A DNA stretch of 64,000 nucleotides from NCBI GenBank assembly GCA_965203485.1, contig OZ241892.1:1472001-1536000 (forward strand), in the 5' to 3' direction. The translations under genes were made by a program, and so were the position numbers. The notes below the pieces were generated by a model. It did no database searches. It was not told the DNA's origin and worked only from the letters and a program-made list of their open reading frames with translations. Origin of the DNA: Longimicrobiales bacterium (GTDB lineage Bacteria > Gemmatimonadota > Gemmatimonadetes > Longimicrobiales > Gaopeijiaceae). Within the stretch, counting starts at the first letter, position 1. Each line of letters begins with the position of its first letter. Below, in pieces: positions 9,701-24,700 of this stretch.

Positions 9701-12700
9701 GTCTCGGCGCTCCCGTCCACCAGGTGGCCCGCGACGTTCGACAGCGCGTGCGTGCCCAGCGACAGCACCGCCGCCACGCGCCCGCCCGCGATCACGATCG
9801 TCCCGCCGTTCAAGGCCAGCGCCGCCGCCGCGACGCTCACGCCGTCGGCGTCGGCGTCGGCGCCCGCGACGACGTAGCCGAACACCAGCTCGGCCGTGCC
9901 GCTCCCGCTCGCGTAGCCCGCCTGCCGCGTCGCGCTCCCGATGCCCAGCGCCAGCTGCGGCGCGCCCGCAACGTCGACCGGACGGCTGAACGCCAGCGCG
10001 ACGGCGATCCGCTCGCTCAACCCGTAAGCGCTCCCGTTCGCGGGCGACGATACCAGCCGCGCGCCCGTCACGACCGGCGCCGCCTCGAGCGTGCCGGCGA
10101 CGGCGTGGCCGCTCGCGTTCACGATCGCGTGGCTGCCCAGCGACAGAACCGCCGCCGCCGTGCCGCCCGCGACCACCAGCGTCCCGCCGCTCAGCGACAA
10201 CGCGCCCGCGCCAACGCTGATCCCGTCGCTGTCGGCGTCCGCCGCCTGAACCACGTACGCGAACTCGAGCTCGGACGTGCCGCTCCCGCCCGCGTAGCCC
10301 GCCTGCCGCGTCGCAGCGCCGATGCCCAGCGCCAGCTCGGGCGTGCCCGTCACCGCCACCGCGCGGTCGAAGCGCACCGCCACCCGTATCTCCTCGCCCA
10401 GTCCGTACGACCCGCCGCCCGACGGCGCGCTCGCCAGCCGAGCGCCCGCAACCGCCGGCGCGCCCTCGACGCTGCCGTCCACCTTGTGCGCGCCAGCGTT
10501 CGCAATCGCGCTCGAGCCCAGGCCCAGCCCGGCCGCCGTCGACCCGTCGCGCGCGTCGGCTATCGCGCCGCCGTTCAGCGACAGCGCGCTCGCGCCCACG
10601 CTGATCCCGTCGGCGTCGGCGTCCGCAGACGCGACCACGTAGCCGAACACCAGCGCGCGCGTCCCGCTGCCGCCAGCGTAGCCCGCCTGCTTCGTCGCGC
10701 TCCCGATGCCCAGCGCCAGCTGCGGCGCGCCCGTCACGACGACCGGGCGAGCGAACGTCACCCGTACCTCGATGCGCTCGCCCAACCCGTACGTGTCGCC
10801 GCTCGCCGGCGCGCTCGTCACCGACGCCGCGCTCGGCGACGACGCCGTGAACGTCCCGCCCGCCACCTTGTGGCCCGCGCTGTTCGCCACCGCGTGCGCG
10901 CCCAGGCCCAGCAAAGCGTCCGCCGTGCCGCCCGACACCTTGATCGTCCCGCCGTTCAGCGCCAAAGCGCCCGCCGCGACGCTGAGCCCGTCCGCGTCCG
11001 CGTCGGCGGACACGACCACGTACCGGAACGCCAGCGCAGCCGTCCCGCTCCCGCCCGCGTAGCCCGCCTGCTTCGTCGCCGCGCCGATGCCCAGCGCCAG
11101 CTGCGGCGCGCCCGTCACCGACACCGGCTTGTTGAACTCGACCTCGACCTCGACCGTGTCGCCCCGCTCGAACGTGTCGCCCACCGTCGGCGACCCGATC
11201 GTCACGCCCATCACCCCGGGCGGGCCGCGCGTCGCGTCCACGCGGTGGCCCGCAGCGTCCGCGACCGCGTTCGAACCCAGGCCCAGCGCCGCCGCCGTCG
11301 AACCGTCGCGACCGTCCGCGATCCCGCCGCCGTTCAGCGCCAAAGCGCTCGCGCCGATGCTGAGCCCGTCGGAGTCGGCGTCGCCCGCGACGACCACGTA
11401 GCCGAACGACAGCTGCGGCGTGCCCGTGCCGCCCGCGTAGTCCGCCTGCCGCGTCGCAGCGCCGAACGACAGCGCCAGCTGCGGCGTGCCCGTCACCGCC
11501 ACAGCGCGCGCGAACGTCACCCGAACCTCGATCCGCTCGCCCAACCCGTACGTCGCGCCGCTCGCAGGACTGCTCGCGACCGCCACCCCCGTCACGCCAG
11601 ACGCCGTGAACGTCCCGCCCGCAACCTTGTGGCCCGCGCTGTTCGATATCGCGTGCGTGCCCAACCCCAGCGTCGCGTCCAGCGTGCCGCCGGCCAGCCG
11701 AACCGTACCGCCGTTCAATCCCAGCGCCGTCGTCGCGACGCTCAACCCGTCGGCGTCCACGTCCGCCGTCACCACCACGTAGCGGAACTCGAGCGACGAC
11801 GTGCCGCTCCCGCTCGCGTAGACCGCCTGCTTCGTCGCGCTCCCGATCCCCAGCGCCAGCTGCGGCGCGCCCGTCACGTCCACCGAGCGGTTGAACGCCA
11901 GCGTCGCCACTATCGTGTCGCCCCGCTCGAACGTCGTGCCCACCGGCGGCGAGCCGAGCGTCACGCCCGTCACGCCGGGCGGCCCCAGGTTCCCGTTCAC
12001 CTTGTGCGCCGCAGCGTTCGATATCGCATGGCTCCCCAGACCCAGGCCCGCAGCCTCGCTCGCGTCGCGCGCGTCGTCGATCGCACCGCCGTTCAACGCC
12101 AGCGCGGCCGGCCCGATGCTCAAACCGTTCGCGTCCGCGTCCGCAGCCACCACCACGTAGCCGAACGCCAGCGTCTTCGTGCCCGTGCCGCTCGCATAGC
12201 TCGCCTGGCGCGTCTGCGCGCCGATCGTCAACGCCAGCTGCGGCGTGCCCGTCACCGCCACCGCGCGGTCGAACGTCACCTCGACCTCGATCCGCTCCGT
12301 GCGACCGTACGTGCTGTCGCTCGCTGGACTGCTCGTCACCGACACGCCGCTCACCGACGACGCCGTGAACGTCGCGCCCGACACGCGCAACGCGCCGTCG
12401 TTGCCGATCGCATGGCGCTCCAGGCTCAGCAACGCGTCCGTCGTCCCGCCCGCAACGTCGATCGTGCCGCCGTTCAGCGCCAGAGCGCTCGCGCCCACGC
12501 TCAACCCGTCGGCATCAGCGTCCGCCGTCGCCACCACGTACCGGAACACCAGCGCCGCCGTGCCCGTGCCCGATGCGTACGCCGCCTGCCGCGTCTGCGT
12601 GCCGATCCCCAGCGCCAGCTGCGGCGTGCCCGTCACGTCCACCGCCTTGTTGAACCGCACCGTCGCAACAATCGTGTCGCCGCGCTCGAACACCGCGCCC

Positions 12701-15700
12701 GCCGGCGGCGACGCCACCGCCAACCCCGTCACGCCAGGCGGGCCCAGCCCGCCGTTCACCTTGTGCGCCGCAGCGTTCGTTATCGCATGGCTCCCCAAGC
12801 CCAGGCTCGCAGCCGTCGCGCCCGGCCGCGCGTCCGCGATCGTCCCGCCGTTCAGCGCCAGCGCGCCCGCCGCGATGCTGAGCCCGTCGGCGTCCACGTC
12901 GGCCGGCCGGATCGCGTACCCGAACACCAGCGTGTCCGCACTGCTCGACGCCGAATCGTAGTCCGCCTGGCGCGTCGCCGTCCCGATCCCCAAAGCCAGT
13001 CGCGGCGTCCCCGTCACCGCCACCGGACGGCTGAACGCCAGCTTCACCTCGACCGACTCGCCCAGCTGGTACGTGCTCGCGCTCGCTGGCGCGCTCGACA
13101 CCGCCACCGCAGTCACCGCCGGCGTCGTGAACGTGCCGCCCGCCACCTTGTGGCCCGCGCTGTTCGTCACCGCGTGGCCGCCCAGTCCCAGCGTCGCGTC
13201 CAGCGTGCCGCCGGCGACCCTGATCGTCCCGCCGCTCAACGACAACGCGCCCGCTGCGATGCTGATGCCGTCGGAGTCCGCGTCGCCGCTCGCCACCACG
13301 TACCGGAACGCCAGCGTGTCCGTGCCCGTACCGCTCGCGTAGCTCGCCTGCCTGGTCGCTGAACCAATCGCCAGCGCCAGCTGCGGCGCGCCCCCCACGT
13401 CCACCGCGCGGTTGAACACCAGCTCGACCTCGATCGTCTCGCCGCGCTCGAACACGTCGCCCACCGCCGGCGAACCGATCGACAGCGCCGTCACGCCCGG
13501 CGGCCCGCGGCTGCCGTCCACCTTGTGCGCCGCAGCGTTCGATATCGCGGACGAGCCCAGACCCAGGCCCGCCGCCGTCGTGCCGCCCCGAGCGTCGTTG
13601 ATCGTCCCGCCGTTCAGCGCCAGCGCGCTCGCCGCGACGCTGATCCCGTCCGTGTCCGCGTCCGCCGCCGCCACCACGTACCGGAACGCCAGCGCCGTCG
13701 TGCCGCTCCCGCTCGCGTACGCCGCTTGCCGCGTCTGACTCCCGACCCCCAGCGCCAGCTGCGGCGCGCCCGTCACGGCCACCGGGCGCGTGAACGACAC
13801 CTCGGCCTCGATCACCTCCGTGCGTCCGTACGTGCTGTCGCTCGACGGAGCGCTCGTGATCGCGACCCCGCTCGCCGCAGACGCCGTGAACGTGCCGCCC
13901 GCCACCTTGTGGCCCGTGCTGCGGATCACCGCGTGGCTGCCCAGCCCCAGCACCGCGTCCGTCGCCGTCCCCGACCGACGGATCGTGCCACCGTTCAGCC
14001 GCAAGTCGGACGCGCCGATGCCCAACCCGTCGGCATCCGCGTCCGCAGCCGCCACCACGTACCGGAACACCAGCGTGTCCGTCCCCGTCCCGCTCGCGTA
14101 GTCCGCCTGCTTCGAGCCGCTCGCGAACCGCAGCTGCAGCTGCGGCGTCCCCGTCACCGCCACCGCCTTGTTGAACGCGACCTTGACCTCGATCGTCTCG
14201 CCGCGCTCGAACGTGTCGCCCACCTGAGGCGCACCGATCAACAACCCCGTCACGCCCGGCGGCCCCTGTGCGCCGTCCACTTTGTGCGGCGCCGCGTTCG
14301 CGATCGCGCTCGAACCCAAGCCCAGGCTGGCCGCCGTCGAACCGTCACGAGCGTCCGAGATCGTGCCGCCGTTCAACGCCAACGCGCTCGCACCGACGCT
14401 GACGCCGTCGCTGTCCGCATCCCCCGCCACCACCTCGTACCCGAACGTCAGCGTCTTCGTGCCGCCCCCGCTCGCGTGGTCCGCCTGCCGCGTCGCTGCC
14501 CCCATCGTCAGCGCCAGCTGCGGCGTGCCCGTCACGTTCACCGGCCGCGCGAACGTCACCTCGACCTCGATCCGCTCGCCCAGCCCGTACGTGTCGCCGC
14601 TCGACGGAGCGCTCGATATCGTCACGCCGCTCACCGACGCCGCCGTGAACGTGCCGCCCGCCACCTTGTGCCCCCCGCTGTTCGTCACCGCGTGCGCGCC
14701 CAGACCCAGCGTCGCGTCCAGCGTGCCGCCCGACAGCCGGATCGTGCCGCCGTTCAACGCCAGCGCGCTCGTCCCGATGCTCAACCCGTCGGCGTCCGCG
14801 TCCGCAGTCACCACCGTGTACTGGAACACCAGCGACGTCGTGCCGCTCCCGCTCGCGTAGCTCGCCTGACGCGTCTGCGTGCCGATCGCCAGCGCCAGCT
14901 GCGGCGTGCCCGTCACCGCCACCGCGCGGTTGAACGTCACCGTCGCCGCGATCGCGTCGCCCCGCTCGAACACGTCGCCCGCCGGAGGCGGCGCGACGAC
15001 CAAGCCCGTCACGCCCGGCGGCCCCTGGTTGCCGTCCACCTTGTGCGCCGCCGCGTTCGCGATCGCGCTCGAACCCAGCCCCAGCCCCGCCGCCTCGCTC
15101 GCGTCGCGAGCGTCCGCAATCGTCCCGCCGTTCAACGCCAGCGCGGCCGGCCCGATGCTGATCCCGTTCGCGTCCGCGTCCGCCGCAACCACCGCGTAGC
15201 CGAACGCCAGCGTCTTCGTGCCCGTCCCGCTCGCGTAGCTCGCCTGGCGCGTCTGCGCGCCGATCGTCAACGCCAGCTGCGGCGTGCCCGTCACCGCCAC
15301 GTTGCGGTCGAACGTCACCTCGACCTCGATCCGCTCCGTCCGGCCGTACGTGCTGTCGCTCGCCGGACTGCTCGATATCGTCACGCCGCTCGCCGACGCC
15401 GCCGTGAACGTCGCGCCCGACACGCGCAACGCGCCGTCGTTGCCGATCGCATGGCGCTCCAGGCTCAGCAACGCGTCCGTCGTACCGCCCGCCACGTCGA
15501 TCGTGCCGCCGTTCAGCGCCAGCGCGCTCGCCGCGATGCTGAGCCCGTCGGCGTCCGCGTCCGCAGCCACCACCACGTACCGGAACACCAGCGCCGTCGT
15601 GCCCGTCCCCGAAGCGTAGCCCGCCTGCCGCGTCTGCGTCCCGATCGACAACGCCAGCTGCGGCGTGCCCGTCGCGTCCACCGCCTTGTTGAACGTCACC

Positions 15701-18700
15701 GTCGCAACCACCGTGTCGCCCCGCTCGAACGCGGCGCCCACCAGCGGCGCAGCCACCGTCAACCCCACGACGCCCGGCGGCCCCAGGCTGCCGTTCACCT
15801 TGTGCGAAGCGTCGTTCGTCACCGCGTTCGAGCCCAGGCCCAGCGCAGCAGCCTCGCTCGCGTCGCGAGCGTCCGCAATCGTCCCGCCGTTCAGCGCCAA
15901 CGCGCTCGCGCCGATGCTGAGCCCGTCGGTGTCCGCGTCCGCCGGACGGACCGCGTAGCCGAACACCAGCGTGTCCGCCGTGCTCGACGCCGCCTCCCAG
16001 CTCGCCTGCCGCGTCCGCGTCCCGATCCCCAGCGCCAGACGCGGCGTGCCCGTCACCGCGACCGGACGACCGAACGCCACCTTCACCTCGATCCGCTCGC
16101 CCAGCTGGTACGTGCTCGCGCTCGCCGGCGCGCTCGAGACCGTCACGCCGCTCACCGACGCCGCCGTGAACGTGCCGCCCGCCACCTTGTGGCCCCCGCT
16201 GTTCGTCACCGCTCGCGCGCCCAGGCCCAAGGCCGCGTCCAGCGTGCCGCCCGCGACCTTGATCGTCCCGCCGTTCAGCGCCAAAGCGCCCGCCGCGATG
16301 CTGAGCCCGTCCGCGTCCGCGTCGCCGCTCGCCACCACGTACCGGAACACGAGCGTGTCCGTGCCCGTACCAGCGGCGTAGCTCGCCTGCCGCGTCGCGC
16401 TCCCGATCGCCAGCGCCAACCGCGGAGTCCCCCCCACGTCCACCGACCGGTTGAATACCAGCTCGACCTCGATCGTCTCGCCGCGCTCGAACACGTCGCC
16501 CACCGCCGGAGAGCTGATCGACAGCCCCGTCACGCCCGGCGGCCCGCGGCTGCCGTCCACCTTGTGCGCCGCAGCGTTGGCGACCGCGTTCGAACCCAGA
16601 CCCAGCGCCGCAGCCGTCGCGCCGTCGCGCGCGTCGGCGATCCCGCCGCCGTTCAGCGCCAGCGCGCCCGCCGCGATGCCGATGCCGTCCGAGTCGGCGT
16701 CCGCAGCCGCCACCGTGTAGCCGAACGCCAGCGTCGCCGTGCCGCTCCCGCTCGCGTACGACGCCTGCCGCGTCTGCGCGCCGACCGTCAGCGCCAGCTG
16801 CGGCGTACCCGTCACCGCCACCCTGCGGTTGAACGTCACCTCCACCTCGATCCGCTCCGTCCGGCCGTACGTGCTGTCGCTCGCCGGAGCGCTCGTGATC
16901 GCGACCCCGCTCACCGACGCCGCCGTGAACGTGCCGCCCGCGACCTTGTGGCCCGCGCTGTTCGCCACCGCGCTCGGCCCCAGACCCAGCAGCGCGTCCG
17001 TCGTGCCGCCCGCCACGTCAATCGTCCCGCCGTTCAACGCCAGAGCGCCCGCCGCGATGCTCAACCCGTCGGCGTCCGCGTCCGCCTGCACCACCACGTA
17101 CCGGAACACCAGCGACGCCGTGCCCGTGCCGCCCGCGTACGACGCCTGCCGCGTCGCAGAGCCGATCGTCAGCGCCAGCTGCGGCGTACCCGTCACGTCC
17201 ACCGCCTTGTTGAACACGACCGTCGCCGCAATCGTGTCGCCCCGCTCGAACACGTCGCCCACCACCGGCGACGCGACAGACAGCGCCGTCACGCCCGGCG
17301 GCCCCTGCGCGCCGTCCACCTTGTGCGACGCTGCGTTCGCAATCGCGTTCGTCCCCAGGCCCAGGCTCGCCGCCGTCGAACCGTCGCGCGCGTCGACGAT
17401 CGTCCCGCCGTTCAGCGCCAGCGCGCCCGCCGCGATGCTGAGCCCGTCGCCGTCGGCGTCGGACGCCGCGACCGCGTAGCTGAACGCCAGCGTCTTCGTG
17501 CCCGTGCCCGAGCCGTAGTCCGCCTGCACCGTGTCTGTCCCGATGCCCAGCGCCAGCTGCGGCGTGCCCGTCACGTTCACCGGCCGCACGAACGTCACCT
17601 CGACCTCGATCTCCTCGCCCAGCCCGTACGTGTCGCCGCTCGCCGGGCTGCTCGTGATCGTCACGCCGCTCACCGACGACGCCGTGAACGTGCCGCCCGC
17701 AACCTTGTGGTTCGTGCTGTTCGCGATCGCGTGGCCGCCCAGGCCCAGCACCGCGTCCGTCGTGCCGCCCGCCACGTCGATCGTCCCGCCGTTCAGCGCC
17801 AGAGCGCCCGCCGCGATGCTGAGCCCGTCCGCGTCCGCGTCCGCCTGCACCACGACGTAGCGGAACACCAGCGACGCCGTGCCGCTGCCGCTCGCGTAGC
17901 CCGCCTGCCGCGTCTGCGTGCCGATCGCCAGCGCCAGCCGCGGCGCGCCCCCCACGTCCACCGCCTTGTTGAACGTCACCGTCGCCGCAATCGTGTCGCC
18001 ACGCTCGAACACGTCGCCCGCCGGCGGCGCCGCAATCGACACCCCGCTCACGCCCGGCGGCCCCCGGCTGCCGTCCACCGCATGGCCCGCGCTGTTCGCG
18101 ATCGCACTCGCGCCCAGCCCCAGCGCGGCCGCCGTCGTGCCGTCGCGCGGGTCCACGATCGTCCCGCCGTTCAGCGCCAGCGCGCTTGCGCCCACGCTCA
18201 GCCCGTCCGCGTCCGCGTCGCCCGCCGCCACCGTGTAGCGGAACTCCAGCTCGCGGTTGCCCGACGCCGCCGCGACGTACGCCGCCTGCCGCGTCTGCGC
18301 GCCAATCCCCAGCGCCAGCTCCGGCGCGCCCGTCACCGTCACGTTCCGGTTGAACGTCACCGTCACGCCGATCTGCTCGCCCAGCTCGTACGTGCTCCCG
18401 TCCGACGGAGCGCTCGAAATCCCCGCCCACGTCACCGCCGGCGCCGTGAACGTGCCGCCCGCGACGCGGAAGCCGGACGCGTTGCTGATCGCTACGTGCT
18501 CGAGACTCAGCAACGCGTCCGTCGTCCCGCCCGCCACGTCGATCGTCCCGCCGTTCAACCCCAGCGCGTTCGCCGCGATGCTCAGCCCGTCCGCGTCCGC
18601 GTCCGACTGCACCACCACGTAGCGGAACTCCAGCTCCGTCGCGCCCGTCCCGCTCGCGTACGCAGCCTGCCGCGTCGCGCTCCCGATGCCCAGCGCCAGC

Positions 18701-21700
18701 TGCGGCGTCCCCCCCACGTCCACCGCCTTGTTGAACCGCACGCTCGCGAAGATCGTGTCGCCCCGCTCGAACGTCTGCGCCGACAGCGGCGCCGTGACCG
18801 ACAAGTGCGTCACGCCCGGCGGCCCCAGGCTGCCGTCCACCTTGTGCGCCGCCGCGTCCGCGATCGCATGCGACCCCAGGCCCAGGCTCGCCGCCGCCGC
18901 CCCCGCACGCACGTCGGCGATCGTACCGCCGTTCAGCCCCAGCGCGCTCGCGCCGATGCTGAGCCCGTCGGTGTCCGCGTCCGCCGGACGAATCGCATAC
19001 CCGAACACCAGCGTGTCCGCAACGCTCGTCGCCGACTCCCAGCTCGCCTGCCGCGTCCGGCTCCCGATCGTCAGCGCCAGCTCCGGCGCGCCCGTCACCG
19101 CCACCGGGCGGCCGAACGCCACCTTCACCTCGATCCGCTCGCCCAGCTGGTACGTGCTCGCGCTCGCCGGCGTGCTCGATATCGTCACCGCGCTCACCGC
19201 CGGCGTCGTGAACGTCCCGCCCGCCACCTTGTGGCCACCGCTGTTCGCGACCGCGTACGCGCCCAGGTCCAGCTCCGCGTCCAGCGCCTCGCCCGACGCC
19301 CTGATCGTGCCGCCGTTCAGCGCCAGCGCGCTCGCTGCGATGCTGATCCCGTCCGCGTCCGCGTCGCCGCTCGCCACCACGTAGCGGAACACCAGCGTGT
19401 CCGTCCCCGTGCCGCTCGCGTAGCTCGCCTGCCGCGTCGCCGCGCCGATCGTCAGCGCCAGCTGCGGCGTGCCCGTCACGTCGACCGCCCTGTGGAACAC
19501 CAGCTCGACCTCGATCGTCTCGCCACGCTCGAACACGTCGCCCACCGCAGGCGCCCCAATCGCCAAGCCCCTCGCCTCCGGCGCCCCCGTCGCACGCGTC
19601 ACCGGCGGCGGCAGGCTGCCGTCCACCTTGTGCGCCGCCGCGTCCGCGATCGCGTTCGATCCCAAGCCCAGGCTCGCCGCCGTCGTGCCGTCGCGAGCAT
19701 CCGCGATGGTACCGCCGTTCAACCCCAGCGCGCTCGCGCCGATGCTGATCCCCGTCGAGTCCGCGTCCGCCACCACCACCTGGTACGCGAACGTCAGCGT
19801 CGCCGTGCCCGTGCCGCCGGCGTACTCCGCCTGCCGCGTCAGCGTGTCGATCGCCAACGCCAGCTGCGGCGTGCCCGTCACCGTCACACGACGGTTGAAC
19901 GAGACCTCGACCGCGATCTCCTCCGTCTCCGCATACGTGCTGTCGCTCGCCGGCTCGCTCGCTATCGTCACCGCGCTCACCGCCGCCGCCGTGAACGTCC
20001 CCCCCGCCACCTTGTGGCTCGTGCTGTTGCTCACCGCGTGACTGCCCAGCCCCAGCAAAGCGTCCGTCGTCCCGCCCGCCACGTCGATCGTCCCGCCGTT
20101 CAGCGCCAATGCGCTCGCGCCGATGCTCAACCCGTCCGCGTCCGCGTCGCCACTCGCCACCACGTACCGGAACACCAGCGACGCCGTGCCCGTCCCCGAA
20201 GCATAGCTCGCCTGCCGCGTCGCCGAACCAATCCCCAGCGCCAGCCGCGGCGTGCCCGTCACGTCCACCGAGTCGGTGAACGTCACCGTCACCGCTATCG
20301 TGTCGCCGCGCTCGAACACGTCGCCCACCACCGGCGAGCCGATCGACAACCCGCTCACGCCCGGCGGTCCCCGGGCGCCGTTCACCTTGTGCGCCGCCGC
20401 GTTCGCGATCGCATGGCTCCCCAACCCCAGCCCCGCCGCCGTCGCGCCGTCGCGCGCGTCCGCGATCGTCCCGCCGTTCAGCGCCAGCGCGCTCGCGCCG
20501 ATGCTGATCCCGTCCGAATCAGAGTCCGCCGCCTGCACCGCGTAACGGAACGCCAGCGTCTTCGTGCCGCTCCCGCTCGCGTACTCCGCCTGCCGCGTCT
20601 GCGAACCGATCCCCAGCGCCAGCTGCGGCGCCCCCGTCACCGTCACCGGCCGCGCGAACGACACCTCCACCTCGATCCGCTCCGTGCGGACGTACGTGCT
20701 GTCGCTCCCAGGCACGCTCGCTATCGCCACGCCGCTCACCGCCGACGCCGTGAACGTCCCGCCCGCAACCTTGTGGCCCGCGCTGTTCGTCACCGCGTGC
20801 CCGCCCAGGCCCAGCAGCGCGTTCGTCGTCGTGCCCGTCCGCCGGATCGTCCCGCCGTTCAACGCCAACGCGCTCGCGCCGATGCTCAACCCGTCCGCGT
20901 CCGCGTCCGCCGCCACCACCACGTACCGGAACACCAGCGACGCCGTGCCCGTCCCCGATGCGTAGCCCGCCTGCCGCGTCGCCGATCCAATCCCCAACGC
21001 CAGCTGCGGCGTCCCCGTCACCGCCACCGCCGCGTTGAACTCCACCGTCGCAACTATCGTGTCGCCGCGCTCGAACACGTCGCCCACCACCGGCGCGCCG
21101 ATCCCCAACGCGCTTACGCTCGGCGCGCCCACGCCGCCGTTCACCTTGTGCGCCGCGTCGTTGCTGAACACGCTCGCCGACGTGCCCAGCCCCGCAGCCG
21201 TCCCGCCCGCACGCGCGTCGTCGATCGCCCCGCCGTTCAAAGCCAGCGCGCTCCCGCTCAGGCTGATCCCGTCCGCGTCCACGTCCGCAGCCGCCACCGC
21301 GTACCGGAACCGCAACCGCTTCGTGCCGCTCCCGCCCGCGTACGACGCCTGCCGCGTCGCGCTCCCGATCCCCAGCGCCAGCTGCGGCGTCCCCGTCACC
21401 ACCACCGCCCGCTGGAACAACACCTCCAACTCGATCCGCTCGCCCAGCTTGTACGTGCTGTCGCTCGCCGGCACGCTCCGAACATGGACATCCTCCACCG
21501 CCAGACCCGTGAACAGCGAGCCGTTCACCTGGTGACCCGAACTGTTCGCAATCGCGTGCGAACCCAGACCCAGAACAGCGTCCATCGTCGTGCCCGCCGC
21601 GCGGATCGTCCCGCCGTTCAACCCCAGCGCGCTCGCGCCGATGCTGATCCCGTCGATGTCCCGGTCCGACTGCACCACCACGTACCGGAACACCAGCGTG

Positions 21701-24700
21701 TCCGTGCCCGTGCCCGACGCATATGCAGCCTGCCGCGTCTGCGAACCGATCCCCAGCGCCAGCCGCGGCGCGCCCGTCACCGCCACCGCCCTGCTGAACA
21801 ACACACGAACATCGATCGCGTCGCCCCGCTCGTACTCCGAGTTGTACGGATCGTCCGCGAACGACACGCCGATCACCCCCGGCGTGCCCAGGCTGCCGTC
21901 CACCTTGTGCGCCGCCGCGTCGGACACCGCGTGAGCGCCCAGCCCCAGCGCCGCCGCCGTCGTGCCGTCGCGCGCGTCGGCGATCGTACCGCCGTTCAGC
22001 GCCAGCGCGCTCGCGCCGACGCCGATCCCAGTCGAGTCGCGGTCCGTCCCCTGCACCGTGTACCGGAACGCCAGCGCCTTCGTGCCACTCCCGCTCGCGT
22101 ACGACGCCTGCCGCGTCTGCGTCCCGATCGTCAGCGCCAGCTGCGGCGTCCCCGTCACCACCACCGGCCGCGCGAACGTCACCTCCACCTCGATCCGCTC
22201 CGTCCGACCGTACGTGCTGTCGCTCGACGGCACGCTCGCAATCGCCACCCCGCTCGGCGCCGGCCCCGTCAACGTCCCGCCCGCCACCTTGTGGCCCGCG
22301 CTGTTGCTCACCGCGTGACTGCCCAAGCCCAGCAAAGCGTCCGTCGTCTCGCCCGCCACCCGGATCGTCCCGCCGTTCAACCCCAAAGCGCTCGCGCCGA
22401 TGCTCAACCCGTCCGCGTCCGCGTCCGCCTGAACCACCACGTAGCGGAACACCAGCGACGCCGTGCCCGTGCCCGAAGCGTACGACGCCTGCCGCGTGAC
22501 CGCGCCGATCGTCAGCGCCAGCTGCGGCGCGCCCGTCACGTCCACCGCCTTGTTGAACGTCACCGTCACGGCAACCGTGTCGCCCCGCTCGAACGTGTCG
22601 CCCACCACAGGGGCGCCGATCGACACGCCCGTCACCCCCGCCGCGCCCCGGCTCGCGTCTACCTTGTGCGCCGCCGCGTTCGCAATCGCGTGCGCGCTCA
22701 GCCCCAGTCCAGCCGCAAAGCTGGTGCCGCCTCGCACGTCGTTGATCGTCCCACCGTTCAAGGTCAGCGCGCTTGCGTCGACGCTGATCCCGTCGGAGTC
22801 CGCGTCGCCCACCGCCACGGCATGCCGGAACGTTAGCGTCGTCGTGCCCGTCCCGGAGGCGTAGTCCGCCTGCACCGTGTCTGTCCCGATGCCCAGCGCC
22901 AGCTGCGGCGTCCCCGTCACAACCACCGGCCGCACGAACGACACCTCCACTTCGATCTGCTCGCCCAGGCCGTACGTGTCCCCGCTCGCCGGGCTGCTCG
23001 CAACCGTCACCCCGCTCGCCGACGACGTCGTGAACCTGTTGCCCGCGACCTTGTGGCCCGTGCTGTTGCTCACCGCGTGACTGCCCAGCCCCAGCAGCGC
23101 GTCCGTCGTGCCGCCCGCGATGTCGATCGCCCCGCCGTTCAGTGACAGCGCGCTCGCGCCGATGCTCAGCCCGTCGGCGTCCACATCCCCCGGCACCACC
23201 AAGTAGCGGAACACCAGCGACGCCGTCCCCGTGCCGCTCGCATACGACGCCTGCTTCGTCGCCGCGCCGATCCCCAGCGCCAGCTGCGGCGTCCCCGTCA
23301 CGTCCACCGCCTTGTTGAACGTCACCGTCACCGCAATCGAGTCGTTGCGCTCGAACGTGTCGCCCGTCGGCGGCGACCCCACGACCAAGTCCGTCACCGT
23401 CGGCCGGTCCAGCGCTCCGTCCACCTTGTGGCTCGCGCTGTTCGACACCGCGTGGCCGCCCAGCTCCAGCAGCGCGTCCGTCGTCCCGCCCGCCACGTCG
23501 ATCGTCCCGCCGTTCAGCGTCAGCGCGCTCGCGCCGATGCTCAGCCCGACGCTGTCCGCGTCGGCCGCCACCACCGTGTAGCGGAACACCAGCGACGCCG
23601 TCCCCGTGCCGCTCGCGTACGACGCCTGCCGCGTGACCGCGCCGATCCCCAGCGCCAGCTGCGGCGTCCCCGTCACGTCCACCGCCTTGTTGAACGTCAC
23701 CGTCGCCTCGATCACGTCCCCCAAGCCGTAAGTGTCGTCTGCCACCGGCGAGTTCAACGCGAGGCCGCTCACCCCCGGCGGTCCCAGGTTGCTGTCCACC
23801 TTGCGGTTGGCGTCGTCGACGATCGCGTGCGCGCCCAACCCCAGGTTCGCGTTCACCGTCGCGCTGCCGCCCAGGCGGATCGTCCCTCCGTTCAACGTCA
23901 GCGCGTTCGCCCCGATGCTGATCCCGTTCGAATCCGCGTCCGGCGGCCGCACCACGTAGCTGAAGCGCAATATGTCGCCCAGCCGGGCGAGTTCGTCGAA
24001 GCTCGCCTGGCGCGTCTCCGCGCCGATCGTCAGCGCCAGCTGCGGCGTGCCCGTCACCTCGATCACCCTGTCGAAGCCTACGCTGACGACGACTTCGTCG
24101 CCCAGCTCGTAGGTCTGCCCCGTCGGCAAGTCGCCGAACGCCACGGTCGTCACCGACGGCTGCGTCGTCTGGGCGCCGTTCACCTTGTAGTTCGCGCCGG
24201 GAGCGAACGCCTGCGTCGCCAAGTTCGCCGCCGTCGTGCTGTCGACCGCCGACGCGATCGTGCCGCCGTTCAGCGTCAGCGCGTTCGCGTCCATCGAGAT
24301 GCCGTCCGCGTCCACGTCCGACGCCTGCACCACATAAGTGAAGGTCAGCTGGTCCGTCGAACCGGTGAAGTACTCCGCCTGCCGCGTCTGCGTCCCCACC
24401 CTCAGCGCCACCTGCGGCGCCCCCGTGACGACGACCTCCCGGTCGAAGATCAGGAAGATGATGATGAACTGGCCCAGCTCGTACGTGTCCCCGACTCGCC
24501 GCCCGCCGATCGCCACTTCGTCCACCGACGGCGAAACGATTCGGCTTCCGTCCACCTTGTGGCTCGCGCTGTTCGAGATCGCATGCGTGCCCAGTCCCAG
24601 CAACGCGTTCGCCGTGCCGCCCGCGATCCGGATTGCGCCGCTGTTCGCCCTGCCTCCGTTCAGCGTCAGCGCGCTCGCGCCGATGCTCAGCCCGTCGGAG

